Below the pieces are notes generated by a model that worked only from the letters and a program-made list of their open reading frames with translations, made no database searches and was not told where the DNA came from. DNA of 64,000 bases, taken from contig NC_086097.1 of the NCBI RefSeq assembly GCF_963921235.1, positions 70,868,001 to 70,932,000 on the forward strand. The letters are read 5' to 3'. Each line of letters begins with the position of its first letter. The first letter of the stretch is position 1. The stretch comes from Mobula hypostoma (lineage: Eukaryota). This document shows positions 11,960 through 25,429 of this stretch, in pieces. A program made the position numbers and the translations under genes.

Positions 11960-14918
11960 ATCTCTCAGTTTGAGAGCATTTTGGAGATAGTGATCATAAT
12001 TCTGTCTCCTTTACAAGAACATTGGAGAGAGATAGGAACAGACAAGTTAGAAAAGCATTTAATTGGAGTTAGGGGAATTATGAGGCTATCAGGCAGGAAA
12101 TTGGAGGCTTAAATTGGAAACAGATGTTCTCAGAGAAAAGTACAGAAGAAATGTGGCAAATATTCAGGGGATATTTGTGTGGAGTTCTGTATCGATATGT
12201 TCCAATGAGACAGGGAAGTTATAGTAGGGTACAGGAACCGTGGTGTACAAAGGCTGTAATAAATCGAGTCAAGAAGAAAAGAAAAGCTTACAAAAGGTTC
12301 AGATTGGTAGGTAATGTCAGAGATCTAGAAGATTATAAGGCTAATAGGAAGGAGCTTAAGCAGGAAATTAGGAGAGCCAGAAGGGACCATGAGAAGGCCT
12401 TGGCAGGCAGGATTAAGGAAAACCCCAGGCATTCTACAAATATGTGAAGAGCAAGACGACAAGACATGAAAGAATAGGACCTATCAAGTGTGACAGTGGA
12501 AAAGTGTGTATGGAACCAGAGGAAACAGCAGAGGTACTTAATGAGTACTTTGCTTCAGTATTCACTATGGAAAAGGATCTTGGTGGTTGTAGTGATGACT
12601 TTCAGCAGACTGAAAAACTTGAGCATGTAGATATTAAGAAAGAGGATGTGCTGGAGCTTTTGGAAAGCATCAAGTTGGATAAGTCGCTGGAACCGGATGA
12701 GATGTACCCCAGGCTGCTGTGGGAGGCGAGGGAAGAGATTGCTGAGCCTCTGGTGATGATCTTTGCACCATCAATGGGGACGGGAGAGGTTCCGGAGGAT
12801 TGGAGGGTTGCGAATGGTGTTCCTTTATTCAAGAAAGGGAGTAGAGATAGCCCAGGAAATTATAGACCAGTGAGTCTTACCTCAGTGGTTGGTAAGTTGA
12901 TGGAGAAGATCCTGAGAGGCAGGATTTATGAACATTTGGAGAGGTATAATATGATTAGGAGTAGTCAGCATGGCTTTGTCAAGGGCAGGTCGTGCCTTAT
13001 GAGGCTGAATGAATTTTTTGAGGATGTGACTAAACACATCGATGAAGGAAGCGCAGTACTTGTAGTGTATATGGATTTCAGCAAGGCATTTGACAAGGTA
13101 CCCCATGCAAGGCTTATTCAGAAAGTGAGAAGGCATGGGATCCAAGGGGACATTGCTTTGTGGATCCAGAACTGGGTTTCCCACAGAAGGCAAGGAGTGG
13201 TTGTAGACGGGTCATATTCTGCATGGAAGTCAGTCACTAGTGGTGTGCCTCAGGGATCTGTTCTGGGACCCCTACTCTTTGTGTGATTTTTATAAATGAC
13301 CTGGATGAGGAAGTGGAGGGATGGGTTAGTAAGTTTGCTGATGACACAAAGATTGGAGGTGTTGTGGATAGTGTGAGGGCTGTCAGAGGTTACAGTGGGA
13401 CATTGATAGGATGCAAAACTGGGCTGAGAAGTGGCAGACGGAGTTCAGCCCAGATAAATATGAAGTGGTTCATTTTGGTAGGTCAAATATGATGGCAGAA
13501 TATAGTATTAATGGTAAGACTCTTGGCAGTGTGGAGGATCAGAGGGATCTTGGGGTCTGAGTCCATAGGACGCTCAAAGCAGTTGCGCAGGTTGACCCTG
13601 TGGTTAAGAAGGCGTACGGTGTATTGGCCGTCATCAATCATGTGTACGGGGGTTTTTTTTGTATGTTAAATTTAAAATGGCTTCTTTGTTATGTTATACT
13701 GGGGAATGCTTCTCTGTTATGTTAAATGCTGAGAAAGTCTCTAACTAGACATTTGCTTGGGTTAATACAGACAGCAGGGTGCTATTAACCAATTGGGATA
13801 GTTGTTATGATTTTGGTGTATCTGGGAGATTTGTATGCGCGGGGTTTTGGGGCAGAAGGCAGGAGAGAGAGAGAGAGAATGGACCAGGTGCTGTGAATCC
13901 GCTAACGGGGTTGGACCCCGAGTGGGGCGTTCGGCAAGGAGGGGAGACGGAGATGGACTCATGTGGAACGTCTGGTTGACCACAGTTGTTGGTCCCAGGC
14001 GGCCGGTCGAGGTGGTCCGAGGGTTCGCAGGGTGAAGAAGAAGGGTCCGGGCTCCAACTGTTTTGTGCACGAAGAGATTGAACTTCGATAAGTGTGGCGC
14101 CTTTTATTTTCCTTTTATATTTTATTCTCTATTAATTATATAGTTCCAGTAATATCTATAAACTGTAAATTATTTAATTGTATCTGGTGTATTGTCTGTT
14201 ATTTGGGCGGGGTAGGGTACATCACACAGCATCCACACAAACTAATTACCCAGTTTGGCGGGGCCGAAGCTGTTTTCCTAGACAACAGCAAGCCGAGCGA
14301 CCCTGAGGGTGGCCGGCGGGGCTACACATCGAATTGAATTTAGGAGCCGAGAGGTAATGTTGCAGCTATATAGGACCCTGGTCAGACCCCACTTGGAGTA
14401 CTGTGCTCAATTCTGGTCGCCTCACTACTGGAAGGATGTGGAAGCCATAGAAAGGGTGTAGAGGAGATTTAGAAGGATGTTGCCTGGATTGGGGAGCATG
14501 CCTTATTAGAATAGGTTGAGTGAACTTGGCCTTTTCTCCTTGGAGCGATGGAAGATGAGAGGTGACCTGATAGAAGTGTATAAGATGATTGCTCGTGTGG
14601 ATAGTCAGAGGCTTTTTCCCAGGGCTGAAATGGTTGCCACAAGAGGACACAGTTTTAAGGTGCTTTGGAGTAGGTACAGAGGAGATGTCAGGGGTAAGTT
14701 TTTTTGCTCAGAGAGTGGTGAGTGTGTGGAATGGGCTGCCGGCAACGGTGGTAGAGGCAGATACGATAGGGTCTTATAAGAGACATTTAGATAGGTACAA
14801 GGAGCTTAGTAAAACAGAGGGCTGTAGGTAAGCCTAGTAATTTCTAGGGTAGGGACATGTTCGGCACAACTTTGTGGGCCGAAGAGCCTGTATTGTGCTG
14901 TAGGTTTTCTATGTTTCT
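11960..14918 (+). mobile_element. CR1 LINE, 5'-truncated, frameshifted ORF2 (RT), interrupted by a solo LTR
   Basis: NYRPVSLTSVVGK, QHGFVKGRSC, YMDFSKAFDKVPH, SGVPQGSVLGPLLF, KFADDTK; CR1 3' tail ttctatgtttcta. Confidence 0.95.
13643..14326 (+). mobile_element. Solo LTR (684 bp) inserted in CR1
   Basis: TGTA...TACA termini; 4-bp flanks CATG (13639-42) and CATC (14327-30); the CR1 sequence rejoins across it. Strand is tentative. Confidence 0.85.
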
Positions 14919-15201
14919 AATAAAAATAAAAACAGAAATTGCTAGAAATGTTCAGCAGGTCAGGGTCAAATATGTGCAAAGAAAAATGGTTAATTTCAGA
15001 TGGCAGACTCTTCATCAGATTGGGAAAGGAGAAAAAAAAATTATAGAATAGAGGGGGTAGGCAAGGGAGTTATTTTCTAACAGGGGAGAGGTAAGGTGAC
15101 CATAAGGATAAGAACTGTAAATATGAGGGAATGGGATCAGTTAGAGAGTGAAAACACAGACTAAGAAACATACAAGTTGCCAAATGCAGAGCGGGGAGAT
15201 G

Positions 15202-15420
15202 TAAGAATATAAAAAATAGGAACAGGAGTCGGCCATATGGTCCATTGAGCCTACTCTGTAATTCCATAAGACCATGTCTGATCTGGTCGTGGATTTGGCT
15301 TCATCCACCTGCCTTGTCCCCAATATCCTTAATTCTCCTACTGTATAGGTATCTATCAAACTGAGTCTATAATATATATATTGAGGTAGCCTTTATGGCA
15401 TCCATGAGCAGAGAATCCCC
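15202..15420 (-). mobile_element. CR1 3' tail fragment
   Basis: taagaatataaaaaataggaacaggagtcggccatatggtccattgagcc, the reverse complement of a CR1 3' end. Confidence 0.7.
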
Positions 15421-15556
15421 TTTCCGAAAGCAGCCCTAATTACAAGATCACTAAAGGTAAGACTCAAGAGATTCTGCTGGAAATCTTGAGCAACACACAC
15501 ACACACAATGCTGGTGGAACTCAAAAGGTTAGGCAGCATACATTGAGTGGAATAAA

Positions 15557-15594
15557 CAGTCGACATTTCAGGTCAAGACCCTTCATCAGGACCC
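15557..15594 (-). ncRNA. Minimal hammerhead-ribozyme motif in a pLTR fragment (about 15462-15594)
   Basis: Minus strand reads GGGTC-CTGATGA-A-GGGT(CTTG)ACCT-GAAAT-GTC-GACTG. Confidence 0.6.
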
Positions 15595-17169
15595 TAAAGT
15601 TAGTCAGGCTTTGCTGGCAGAGTATGTGACGAAATATTCAGTTACAACGGGCATAAATAAGACAAAAAGTGAGAACTTTTTTAACAAAGGTGCATATGAT
15701 CAGAGGGCCTAGGTTGAAGGTAAGGAGTTGGAGATATTGAAGGGATCAGAGGAAGAGGAAGACTTTTTTTTGAGGAATACCCGAAGAATGTTTGAAATGT
15801 CGAATGTCTTCCTTGAGGGAATAGTGGGAACATTGCTGGAAGATGAGTTGAAGGACCCGTTTCTGTGCTCCATGACTCTAATGTCACAAGTCTCACATGG
15901 TGCACAGTTACAGTAAGATTATACATGAGGAACAGAGTTACACACAAAATATGAACTGCAATGTCTGAAAGGGAATGTCTGTTCCATTGTCTTCAGATTG
16001 TCCAATGTCAACGAATCTTATCAAAGCAATGTTGATGCCAAATACGTATAATTAGTCTTTACAGCAAGGAGTACTTATTTGAAAGTACGGTATTATATTA
16101 AGTTCAAAGTACTAATTTTTATAGAAAGGCTTATGAAAAATGAATGTAAATAATACCATAATTTTATAGTGATATTTATAGTAAGAAAGGTGATGTTATT
16201 GCAAGATTATTTTACACCAGCTTGAAGTAACTTTAAATACCAAGAGGTGGAGTACCATCACTTTGCTTTGAAGTGGATGTAGGGAGACTGGAACTAGTTT
16301 TCAGTCAATCTGTTTGTATGTCAGTCATGACAAAATGAGTCCTGTTCTCTTGTTGGTGAAATTCTCAGGACATTTTAGCTGGAACTTGTTATTATCATAT
16401 TTTAGCAATTATGGTATGCATTAGTAAAATGTAATATAGAGAAGGTGATGGGTAGGGATAATGTTTAAAAAAAATGCTTTTAAAAATTTTGAGACCAGAG
16501 CAGTGACCTGAGATGGCCCAATAACAATCTCACCTTTCTTACTTTCTGAAAATGAAAGGAACCAACTCGCTACAAATGTGCTTTACATATCAGCAAAGTA
16601 ATCTGGTTGATTTTCAACCGATTATTAAATCATTGTAAGTGTGTAAAAAGACCTGATAAATGTGCAATATTGTAGAAAATTGATGGAAGTTAGATGATAT
16701 CCTTTGGCTGTCAACAACATAATAATTTCAACAGTATGATATATTGTTGTCTAATAATAAATTAAAAAACACAATAAGGTTAATAATTGTGAACCAATTC
16801 TGAATTTGGGTAAAAAAAAGGTCTCAATATAGCCTGCACTTATGTGAAGCATCAGTAACAAGTAATTTTACCTGTTTTTTCCACACACACGCCAAGAAAT
16901 AATTGTATACTGTATCTGAACACAGAATCAGATAAAAAAAATAGATAGGGAAAGATAGAAATCTTGGTTTCTGCCACTGATGTTGATGTAAACTACAGTA
17001 GCTTCTTCTGCCAGTGCCCGCTACCTTAGTAAGTTCCCCATTAAGTCCAACCAGGCAGCATGATCTTTCACAAGCTTCTCAGCTCCCAGGCTGGGAAATA
17101 TACTATGTGGTTGTGCCGAGTTAAATTGTTTTGAGCCTGCCAGTCCCACTCAATGCATGGGTAATATTG

Positions 17170-17855
17170 AGAGTTCAGGAGGAATGGAGACAGGCTAACC
17201 CCTTTAGACATCAATGGATCTGGGGTTGAGAGGGTGAACAGCTGTAAGTTCCTCTGCATAAACATCACCGAAGATCTCACGTGGCCTGTACATATTGGCT
17301 GTGTGGTGAAAAAGGCACAACAGTGCCTCTTTCACCTCAGACAGTTGAAGTTTGGTATGAGTCCCCAGATTCTAAGAATTTTCCGTAGGGACACGATTGA
17401 GAGCATCCTAACTGGCTGCATTACTGCCTGGTATGGGAACTGTACTTCCCTCAATCACAGGACTCCGTAGAGAGTGGTGCGGACAGTCCAGTGCATCTGT
17501 AGGTGTGAACTTCCCACTATTCAGGACATTTACAAAGACAGGTGTGTAAAAAGGGCCCTAAGGATCATTGGAGGCCCGAGTCACCCCCAACCACAAACTG
17601 TTCCAGCTGCTACCGACCAGGAAATGGTACCGCAGCATAATAGACAGGACCAACAGGCTCCAGGACAGCTTCTTCCACAAGGCCATCAGACTGATTAATT
17701 CATGGTGATGTAACTGTATTTTTATGTTATATTGACTATCCTGTTGTACATAATATTTATTATAAATTACTATAATTGCACATTGCACATTTAGATGGAG
17801 ATGTAAAGATTTTTGCTCACATATATGAAGGATGTAATTAAAAAATCAATTCAAT
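17170..17855 (+). mobile_element. Rex1/Babar LINE 3' fragment
   Basis: KFLCINITEDLTW...KKAQQCLFHLR...TIESILTGCITAWYGNC; (caatt)n tail. Confidence 0.9.
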
Positions 17856-19540
17856 TCATTTCAATAAATGGTATTTTGATCCATTGTTAGTTGCTGGGAG
17901 GCAGGCCTTGCTAGCTGTTGAAGCCATTCTGTGAGTGCAGCTTGCTGACTGTGATGAGATAGTTCTGTGTTGCACTGAACAATATAAAGCGAAACTCCCA
18001 GCGGAAGACATGTTGGAGCACACTCGAGGCAACAGAAGATCTGTCCCATATAGATGATTTTTTTTGAGGCAAAATTGTAAAATTCTCATCCAACTATATG
18101 AAGAACATATTAATAATAATGAGTGCAGGAACTGCAGAGTGTGCTTCGGGATCATCTCAAGGATAACTAGGAATGGGCAATAAATTTGCCCTGCCGGTGA
18201 CACTCATTTCTTAAATACCGAAGGATTAGCATATGATTGTTTACTGGAGTGAAATTTTTGACTAATTTAATTTCTGCATTTTAATTGTAAATAATGATAT
18301 TAATTTTGTATGAATCAGATAAATAAAATGACAGATTAGTTTGCAGAGCTGTCAAAGAAAGGTTTTGCATAGACTAATTCATTTTAACATAACTGCTATA
18401 GTGCAGAAACTGATGATTGTTATCATTCATTAAATTATTGCTGAATTATGTTATTCATAAATATATTCCAGCAAATATTATAATATGAAAATGAGCAGCC
18501 ATTTTGTTATTTTTTGTGAGATGCATGTACATTTAGATAATTTGTATGAAGCTGTAACCGATAACAGAAAAAATATTAGTGCTGGACATACTAGGGTAAA
18601 AATGGGTGTCCTTTTTTAAACTCCCGCGAATTAGCAGTGAAATGGAGCTGTTCCCTGTACCCAAAGCTTAATGACAAAGATGCTTAATAAGGAACAAAAA
18701 AGCCAGATAACTAGTTTTGAATTAATGTTGTGTCTGGATTTTAGTGTCTATGTATCTTGGTCACTTTTCCCAGCCCACTCCCTTCTGTACGCCTATTGTC
18801 TGTCCTTCCATTCATTCAGTAACACTTCTAATGCCAGGACAATAATTCCAAAAACAGGAGAGTTACAATGTCATTTTCTCCTTATTATTTTATTGCTTTC
18901 ATCATTAGCGCATTGGCCTTCCTAAATCCGACTTGGCTTGCCAACTTCCTCTGCACTAGGATCACTTTCTTCTCCATCCTTTTCTCTCAATGCTTTAATC
19001 GATATGCTAGTGAGTGCAACTTTCATGAATGTTATATCATCTTCGGTGACAGACCTGTTTTAGTTACTCAAAAACTCACAATGCATTTCCAGCACTATTT
19101 GAGGAATCCATTTTGAGTTTATGGGCAAAGTCTTTAAGTGACTGCAGTTCAATCTACTTTTCTCAGTTTCAGAAGGCTGATTTGGGTATGCAAAAATGTG
19201 AGGAGAGTGTGAAATCACTGTTATTCTGAGAACACGTAACAGATAAATTGCATTTTTGCCATTGCATCAGTACTAGAATCTCAGGCAAATGTGTGTACTC
19301 TAAATTTCAAACTTGGACTCACCCCCCACCCCCGACCATTCTTGTCTGAGATAATTGCTAACCTATATGGAAAAATAGGAATTCTCATATTTTGGGGATG
19401 ATCATCAGGAATTTCAGTCAGTGCTGCTCATTTTCATAGAATTCAAGAACCAAGATTTTGTGTTTAAAAAAAAGAAGTTTTAAAGAAAGAATAAACCTAT
19501 TTCTATTGCTGAATGCATCTTTGAATTTAATTATTTGCAG

Positions 19541-19701
19541 GATGTGGTCTCAACTATCACAAGAGATGTGCATTCAAAATCCCCAACAATTGTAGTGGTG
19601 TGCGCAAAAGACGCCTTTCCAATGTTTCACTAACAGGATTAGGCACCTCACGGTCCACCTCTAATGATCTGTCGCCGAATACACCAGATGAGATGTCACT
19701 G
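19541..19701 (+). CDS. PRKD1: Internal coding exon of protein kinase D (end of the C1a zinc finger plus linker), most similar to PRKD1
   Basis: Acceptor ttatttgcag| and donor |gtaggt. The 161 nt translate as (G)[53 protein letters not shown]. The [14 protein letters not shown] and RRLSNVSL motifs are diagnostic of PKD, and the SLTG...PDE tail favours PRKD1 over PRKD2/3. I found no neighbouring exon in the window. Confidence 0.92.
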
Positions 19702-20814
19702 GTAGGTTCTCTTAAGGAACTTTACATATCATTAGAATATAAATCTAACACTCTACTTAGCTTTAACTGAAAGGAAGCACAGATATAAAATGTACCATAA
19801 ATCCTATGTAATGCTGTAATCCCATTTATAACAGGAAGCCTACCAAAGGACTGCTGATATAGAATAATCAAAGTCTGTTGATTTAGTTAGCAATGTAATT
19901 TTTAACATTTATTAAATTGCACACTATGATTACACACTGTTGACAATTTATGTTCGTCGTAATGATTTGTTCAAGCATTATCCTCAGCGGCCGATTAATG
20001 TAGAAATAACAGCTGCAACACTGGGGTGTTCTAATCACTTCATCCCTTCCAAAGGGAGAAAAAAATGAGAGAATTAAGTGTTTTAGTGAAGTAAACATCT
20101 GAAATTTAATAAGCAAGAGCTGCCTGTGATGTTTTATTTCATAGAAAGCAATGAATAGCATGGTTGATGTATCTCAATAATTGTGTCAGTTGCTTTTTAT
20201 TTGGATAACTGTTAATTTCAACAAATGTTAATATTCTCAACTAGATACTTAAACATGCTTAATACTTGTGCATGGTGTTCCAAGTATGTAAGATTTTACA
20301 TTTCTCCTGAGGAAACAACCTTTGTATGTAAAGGCTGTTCGAGTATCCAGATGACCAGTGCAAATCTCCTGGTCTACAAAGCAAGAATGACCCCAGCCCT
20401 TTTTTACCTGGAATACATTTAGCATGCATCTCAGACACTGGAAAGGTACCGCTAATGCTGTCTCTGCAAAGTCTGCCAGATTCACATGAAGTATAAGTGA
20501 ATCAAAATTGTTGTCATCTTCCAGGCCAGCGTGCCCTGTATTATATTATCTGCTGGGTAGAACACATCGTTCATATGCTGTAAACAAGATTTCTGAATCA
20601 GAGACTTTTGTGGAAAGAGATTACTAAATGGATAGACGAAAAATGATCAAAGATGGGCTCAAAACCTTTATGACTAAAAAAGAAACATCCTCACAGACTC
20701 TTGAGCCTCTCTTGCCAGTAACTGCTGAAAGTAGAGAAAGAGCATTTGAGATGATGTAGAGAACCTCAGATTTGTACATCAGTAGCACACAGAGATCTTA
20801 GGCAAATGGTGGGA

Positions 20815-21204
20815 ATTTGATCATTTCCAAACTTGTTTTATCTCTCTGTACTGTTGTTGGAGGAGAATGGAGTCGTCGACGCTGAGGTTTTCTTCTTTTC
20901 CATTTTTAAGTTGTTAGTTTTGCCCAAGTCTTTTAGTTTAGTTGATTAATTCTGTTTTTCTTTGGGGATGGGGTTTGTTTTTTTTTTGGTTTTGTTTTTT
21001 TTTCTTTTTCATGATTTTTTTTTCAGTTTTTTTTATTTGTATTATCCGTTGCCAGTTCTACATGATTGGGAGCTTTGTTAACTTACACTATTTGATTTTA
21101 CAATTACTTTTCCTAAGTGTAACAATATTTCTCCTACTATTTGTATTATTGCTATGTTTTGTTTCTATACTTTGCAATTAATAAAAAGATTGAAAAAGAA
21201 AGAA
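20815..21204 (+). mobile_element. L1-type 3' UTR fragment with TSD
   Basis: T-rich body, AATAAA and an A-rich tail; flanking repeats aggcaaatggtggga (20800-20814) and aggtaaatggtggga (21205-21219). Confidence 0.8.
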
Positions 21205-21519
21205 AGGTAAATGGTGGGAGGAGCAGATCAGCAAAACTGCAAACTAGGGACACAAGGAACTGCAGATTCTGGAATTTGGAGCTAAAATCAGATCAATTGA
21301 GGAATAGCAAATGCTGGAGGAAAGGAGTGGGATCCTAATTCATAATCGTAACCTGAAATTTTGACAATCCATCTCTCTCCACAGATGATGGTCAACTCAC
21401 TGAGTTCTGCCAGTAGATTGTTACTTTATTGCAGCTCACAGACTTCCTGCCTATTTGCTGTCATCTTCCACCTGCCCTATCTGTGATGTAGACACCAGTT
21501 CTTACAGTAGTTTCATCTG

Positions 21520-22605
21520 TCGCCACAGGATCCATTAAACTGATGTGGAAGCAAGATATCCTTAATCCCCAGGAACATGTGGTATCCAGGCTGAATTAGT
21601 TAACTAGATATAAAATTGGCTTGGTAGTAAAAGGCAGACGGTGGTCACGGAGAGTTGTCTTTTAGATTGGACGCCTGTGCCCGCAGAGTCTGATGATGGG
21701 TCCCCTGTTTGTCATTTATATGAATGATTTGGATAAGAATGTAGGTGGCATAATTAGTAGTTTGCAGATGACACCAGAAATGTTCATGTGGTGGACCATG
21801 AGGAAGGTTGTCAAGGATACAAAAGGTTATAGATGAACTGGGAAAGTAGACAAGGGATTAGTAGCTGGAAATTAACTTGGATAAGAATTTAGAGATGCTT
21901 TTTGGGAAAGGGCAGGACATGATAAACCAGGGCAGGACAGTCACAGTAAATGGCAAGGCCTTGGAGCATTGTTAAACATTAGGATACAAGTACATAATTT
22001 CCACTACATTGGGTAGACAATGTAGTGAGGAAGATGTAATGGTATAGTTGTCTCCATCAGCCATGATAATGGGTACAAATGATGGGACATCATGTCACAG
22101 TTGTACAAAATGTTGTTTGGGCCACACTTGGAGTATGGTGTGCAGTTTTCTCACTGCACTGTAGATACGACATGATTAAACTAGAGTAAGTGCTGGATCA
22201 ATTCATAAGGATGTTATCTGGATTGGAAGGCTTGAGTTATCAGGAGGGATAACTCTAGAGCTAGGTTTATTTTCCTTGGAGTGAAGAAGATGAAGAGGTG
22301 ACATGATAGAAGTAAAGAAAATTATAAGAAGCACAGATCAGGTAAATGGTCAGTGTCTGTTTCCCATGGCTGGAGTGTCTAAAACCTAGAAGGCATAAGT
22401 TGGTATCTGCCATGAGCTGAGAGAAGGTGGTGGAAGCAGGAAGAGTAACAACATTTAAGAGACATCTCAACAGATGCTTGAATGAGCAGGACCTGGAGGA
22501 ATATGGAATTAATATCGGCAAGTGGGATTAGTTCAGATAGGCATGGGGGTTGGCATAGATACAGTAGGCCGAAAGGACAGTTTCTATTCTGTGCAAATCT
22601 TATAA
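21520..22605 (+). mobile_element. Old degraded CR1 (RT C-terminal part and 3' end)
   Basis: tttgcagatgacacc (FADDT), ggccacacttggagtatggtgtgcag, and a CR1 tail ggccgaaagg...tctattctgtg. Confidence 0.85.
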
Positions 22606-23999
22606 CTGTCTATTCAGAAGTTAGGCAATTCAAAATCCTCTATTTATAGGAATAGGCAGTTTTAACACATCAATAAACTTACAAACATATATTTTCATGA
22701 TTCTCTGATGAGGTTGGTTTCAGAAGGCCAAGTGAGTAGGTTGTCTATAGTCATCTGAGATGTGTCTATAGTCATATAGTCATCTGGTGTCAGCTGCTCC
22801 TGTGCAAGGCAAAAAGCACAATTTATTCTTTATTACCCAAATCTTTATTACTTTGACCCAGGATTGCTGCACTATTTTCAGATGCCCAGCAGCACATAAC
22901 AGATATATTTGCAAACCATCCTTGTGAATCTTTCTCTCTGCTATAGGAATTAGAGACATAGCTCCCAGTTTATTTTCTTACTGCAATTTATTCAGTTTTT
23001 AAGAACCACTGCATAATTTGAGTTCTGCAGTATTAACTAGTGTAGGACTCAATGATGAATAAGTCCTGATATTTAAACAGGAAATAATTCATGATATCTG
23101 TCACTGGTTGGGAAATAGTTCTTGACGACATTTGAATGTTGTTTTCATGAAGAACATATACACAAGTGTTCCTTTTACAATTCATTAAAATGGTGAAAAT
23201 GCTTAAAAGATGAGAAAGCTGAAAACTTGATTAACTCGAGTGAAAATTATTTTAATTTTCCCCATTGAAAGACACAAAATATTTCTTAATATTGATAATG
23301 ATCTGAATTTCACTTTTAGTGAATTATCGTGGATATTCTTTGTGATTGAGGCCTAGTCGTAATCTGTAGCCATAATTCTGAATACCTGATAATGCATTCA
23401 CAGACCCTTGGTTTAGAAATCTCCCTGCTTTATCTCAGCTCATTCTGCCTCTTTTGCTGCAGTTATGATCCCTGGCTTTGTTTTTCTCTTTGTTCTACAT
23501 TTATTGTGTGTATATGGGTGGCTCTGTTATAAAACAAAAGCAAAACACTGCCCCGTTATCTCCTTAGCCATTTATTTTTATCAGTTATCACAGGAAAGAA
23601 ACAAAACCTTAGAACTGTTTGTATCCTTGATCAACACACGGCTCGTTTACATTTTTGTTCAAACTTTCCATCTGTTCCGGCATTCAGTGTGAAGTGAAAT
23701 GTTTCACATTCCAAGACATGAATGGAGGGAAAACATTGGAAGGTTCTCCCCAATAAACAGAAATGGTCAATACTAAAATATAACAGCTATCCAATTTAAA
23801 TTAGCTGATATATTATAAAACCAATGAATTTGAACATAGTACTAAACTTAACACAATGGCTGCCACTATTTCCTGATGCATACCAATGAAATTATATTAA
23901 CTCAATCATTGCCACAGAAATATTGATACCCATTAAATAAATGCCACATCCATAACTCTGTCTGCTCAGCTCCTCTCACTTTATTTATCTGCTGTTAAA

Positions 24000-24765
24000 C
24001 TCCCGGCCTGAATTCCAGTGAGGGAAGGGACATCCCTTGTAGCAACATAAAACAAAGGAATTTTATGACCAGGTACTGAGGGCAGTACAGAAAATATCTC
24101 CTTCTCCATAATTGACAACAGTAAGCACCTCTGCCCTTAGCCTTTGTCAGAACTGGAGACCAACCACACAGCCTCAACCCAGATCACCAGCAGGCTTGCT
24201 CACCACAGCATTTGACTGGCAGCTGAAAGTCAATCTTGGCAAGCAGTTAAAGTTCTCCGACGTCATCACATCATCATCATCACTGAGGGACATGGCCATT
24301 GTGTCAGAAACCTCGAAGCAGGTGGTCATGGTAGAACTGACAGTGCCTTGGGAAGACTGGATTGAGGAGGCGTTTGAATGTTAAGAAAGCTAACTATAAG
24401 GAGGTGGTAGAACTGTGTCAGAGACAGGGGTGGAGGGCGCAGTGTGAGCCTATAGAGGTTGGATGTAGAGGTTCTGCTGGCTGCTCACTCTGTAGAGTCT
24501 ACTCTCTCCTTGGCAATTTGGGGGCTGCAAAGAAAAGAGCCATCAGGACCGTTACAGAGGCTGCTGAGTGAGCCTCCTGCTGGCTGTAGCTTAAGAGGTG
24601 TGACCCATGAATAAATGCTGCTGGGATATAAGTCGGAGCCTGATTGACCCTGGCTGGGTCGCCTGGGCGAAGGTATCTGATATTGAAATACCTGATACTC
24701 TCGATGACCCCAGGTTACAATACTGGTGATATGTCCCAGTGCATCCGAGGATGTATCTCAGCATC
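24000..24765 (+). mobile_element. Hero-type (R2 group) non-LTR retrotransposon 3' fragment with restriction-like endonuclease
   Basis: DWQLKVNLGKQLKF...LRDMAIVSETSKQVVMVELTVPWEDWIEEAFE / KKANY...GWRAQCEPIEVGCRG; frameshifted. Confidence 0.8.
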
Positions 24766-25429
24766 TCCCTCCATGATGAACATTATTTTGATGACACTGA
24801 ACTTGAAATTCCTCAATTGGTCTCAAAGAATTTAATACAAATCTGAGATGTAACCCTCACAAAACATTCACTCCCTCTTGTACAAGCCTGCTCCCTCAAT
24901 CCCCATGCTATTTAGATTCTAATCCGTACTTTCTTTACCTATTTGTAAAATGAACTTAATTCCCTTCTAGCTGATAATCTATTGTGTAGAAGTTTCACAC
25001 TGTGAATGAATGTCCAGAATGTGGCCATTCACAGCCAATCGAATTCAAGTTTCAGCTTGTATATAACCAATACATGAGCTATATTGGAATCAGTGCCTCT
25101 AAGTTACTTAAAAATTTTGAAATAGTCCTATAGCCCTGCCTGCAGATCGCTCCAACACAGACATTGTCAGATTAGTATTCTGTTCCACGCACCCTGGCCC
25201 TGTGCATGTGGCTCATTATGTGTTTACACTCTCACTCATCAACAATGATGCATCTTCAAATGTTACAGGTCCACTCTCCACAACTCCCTCCCACACCTTC
25301 TGTCCTCTTATTTCAATAAGGCTTTTAGTCGGCAGTCCTAATCTATCTTTCTTCTCGTTGTTGCCCTATTCCACCTATAAGTGGCGTAGAAGCTTGTGTA
25401 AAGTTAATGTACAATATCAATGCAAGCTG

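Noticed and set aside
23455..23485. cctggcttt after a cag, as the PRKD1 SPVSPGFE micro-exon
   Set aside because: The frame from the acceptor hits TGA, and no GT donor follows at the right distance.
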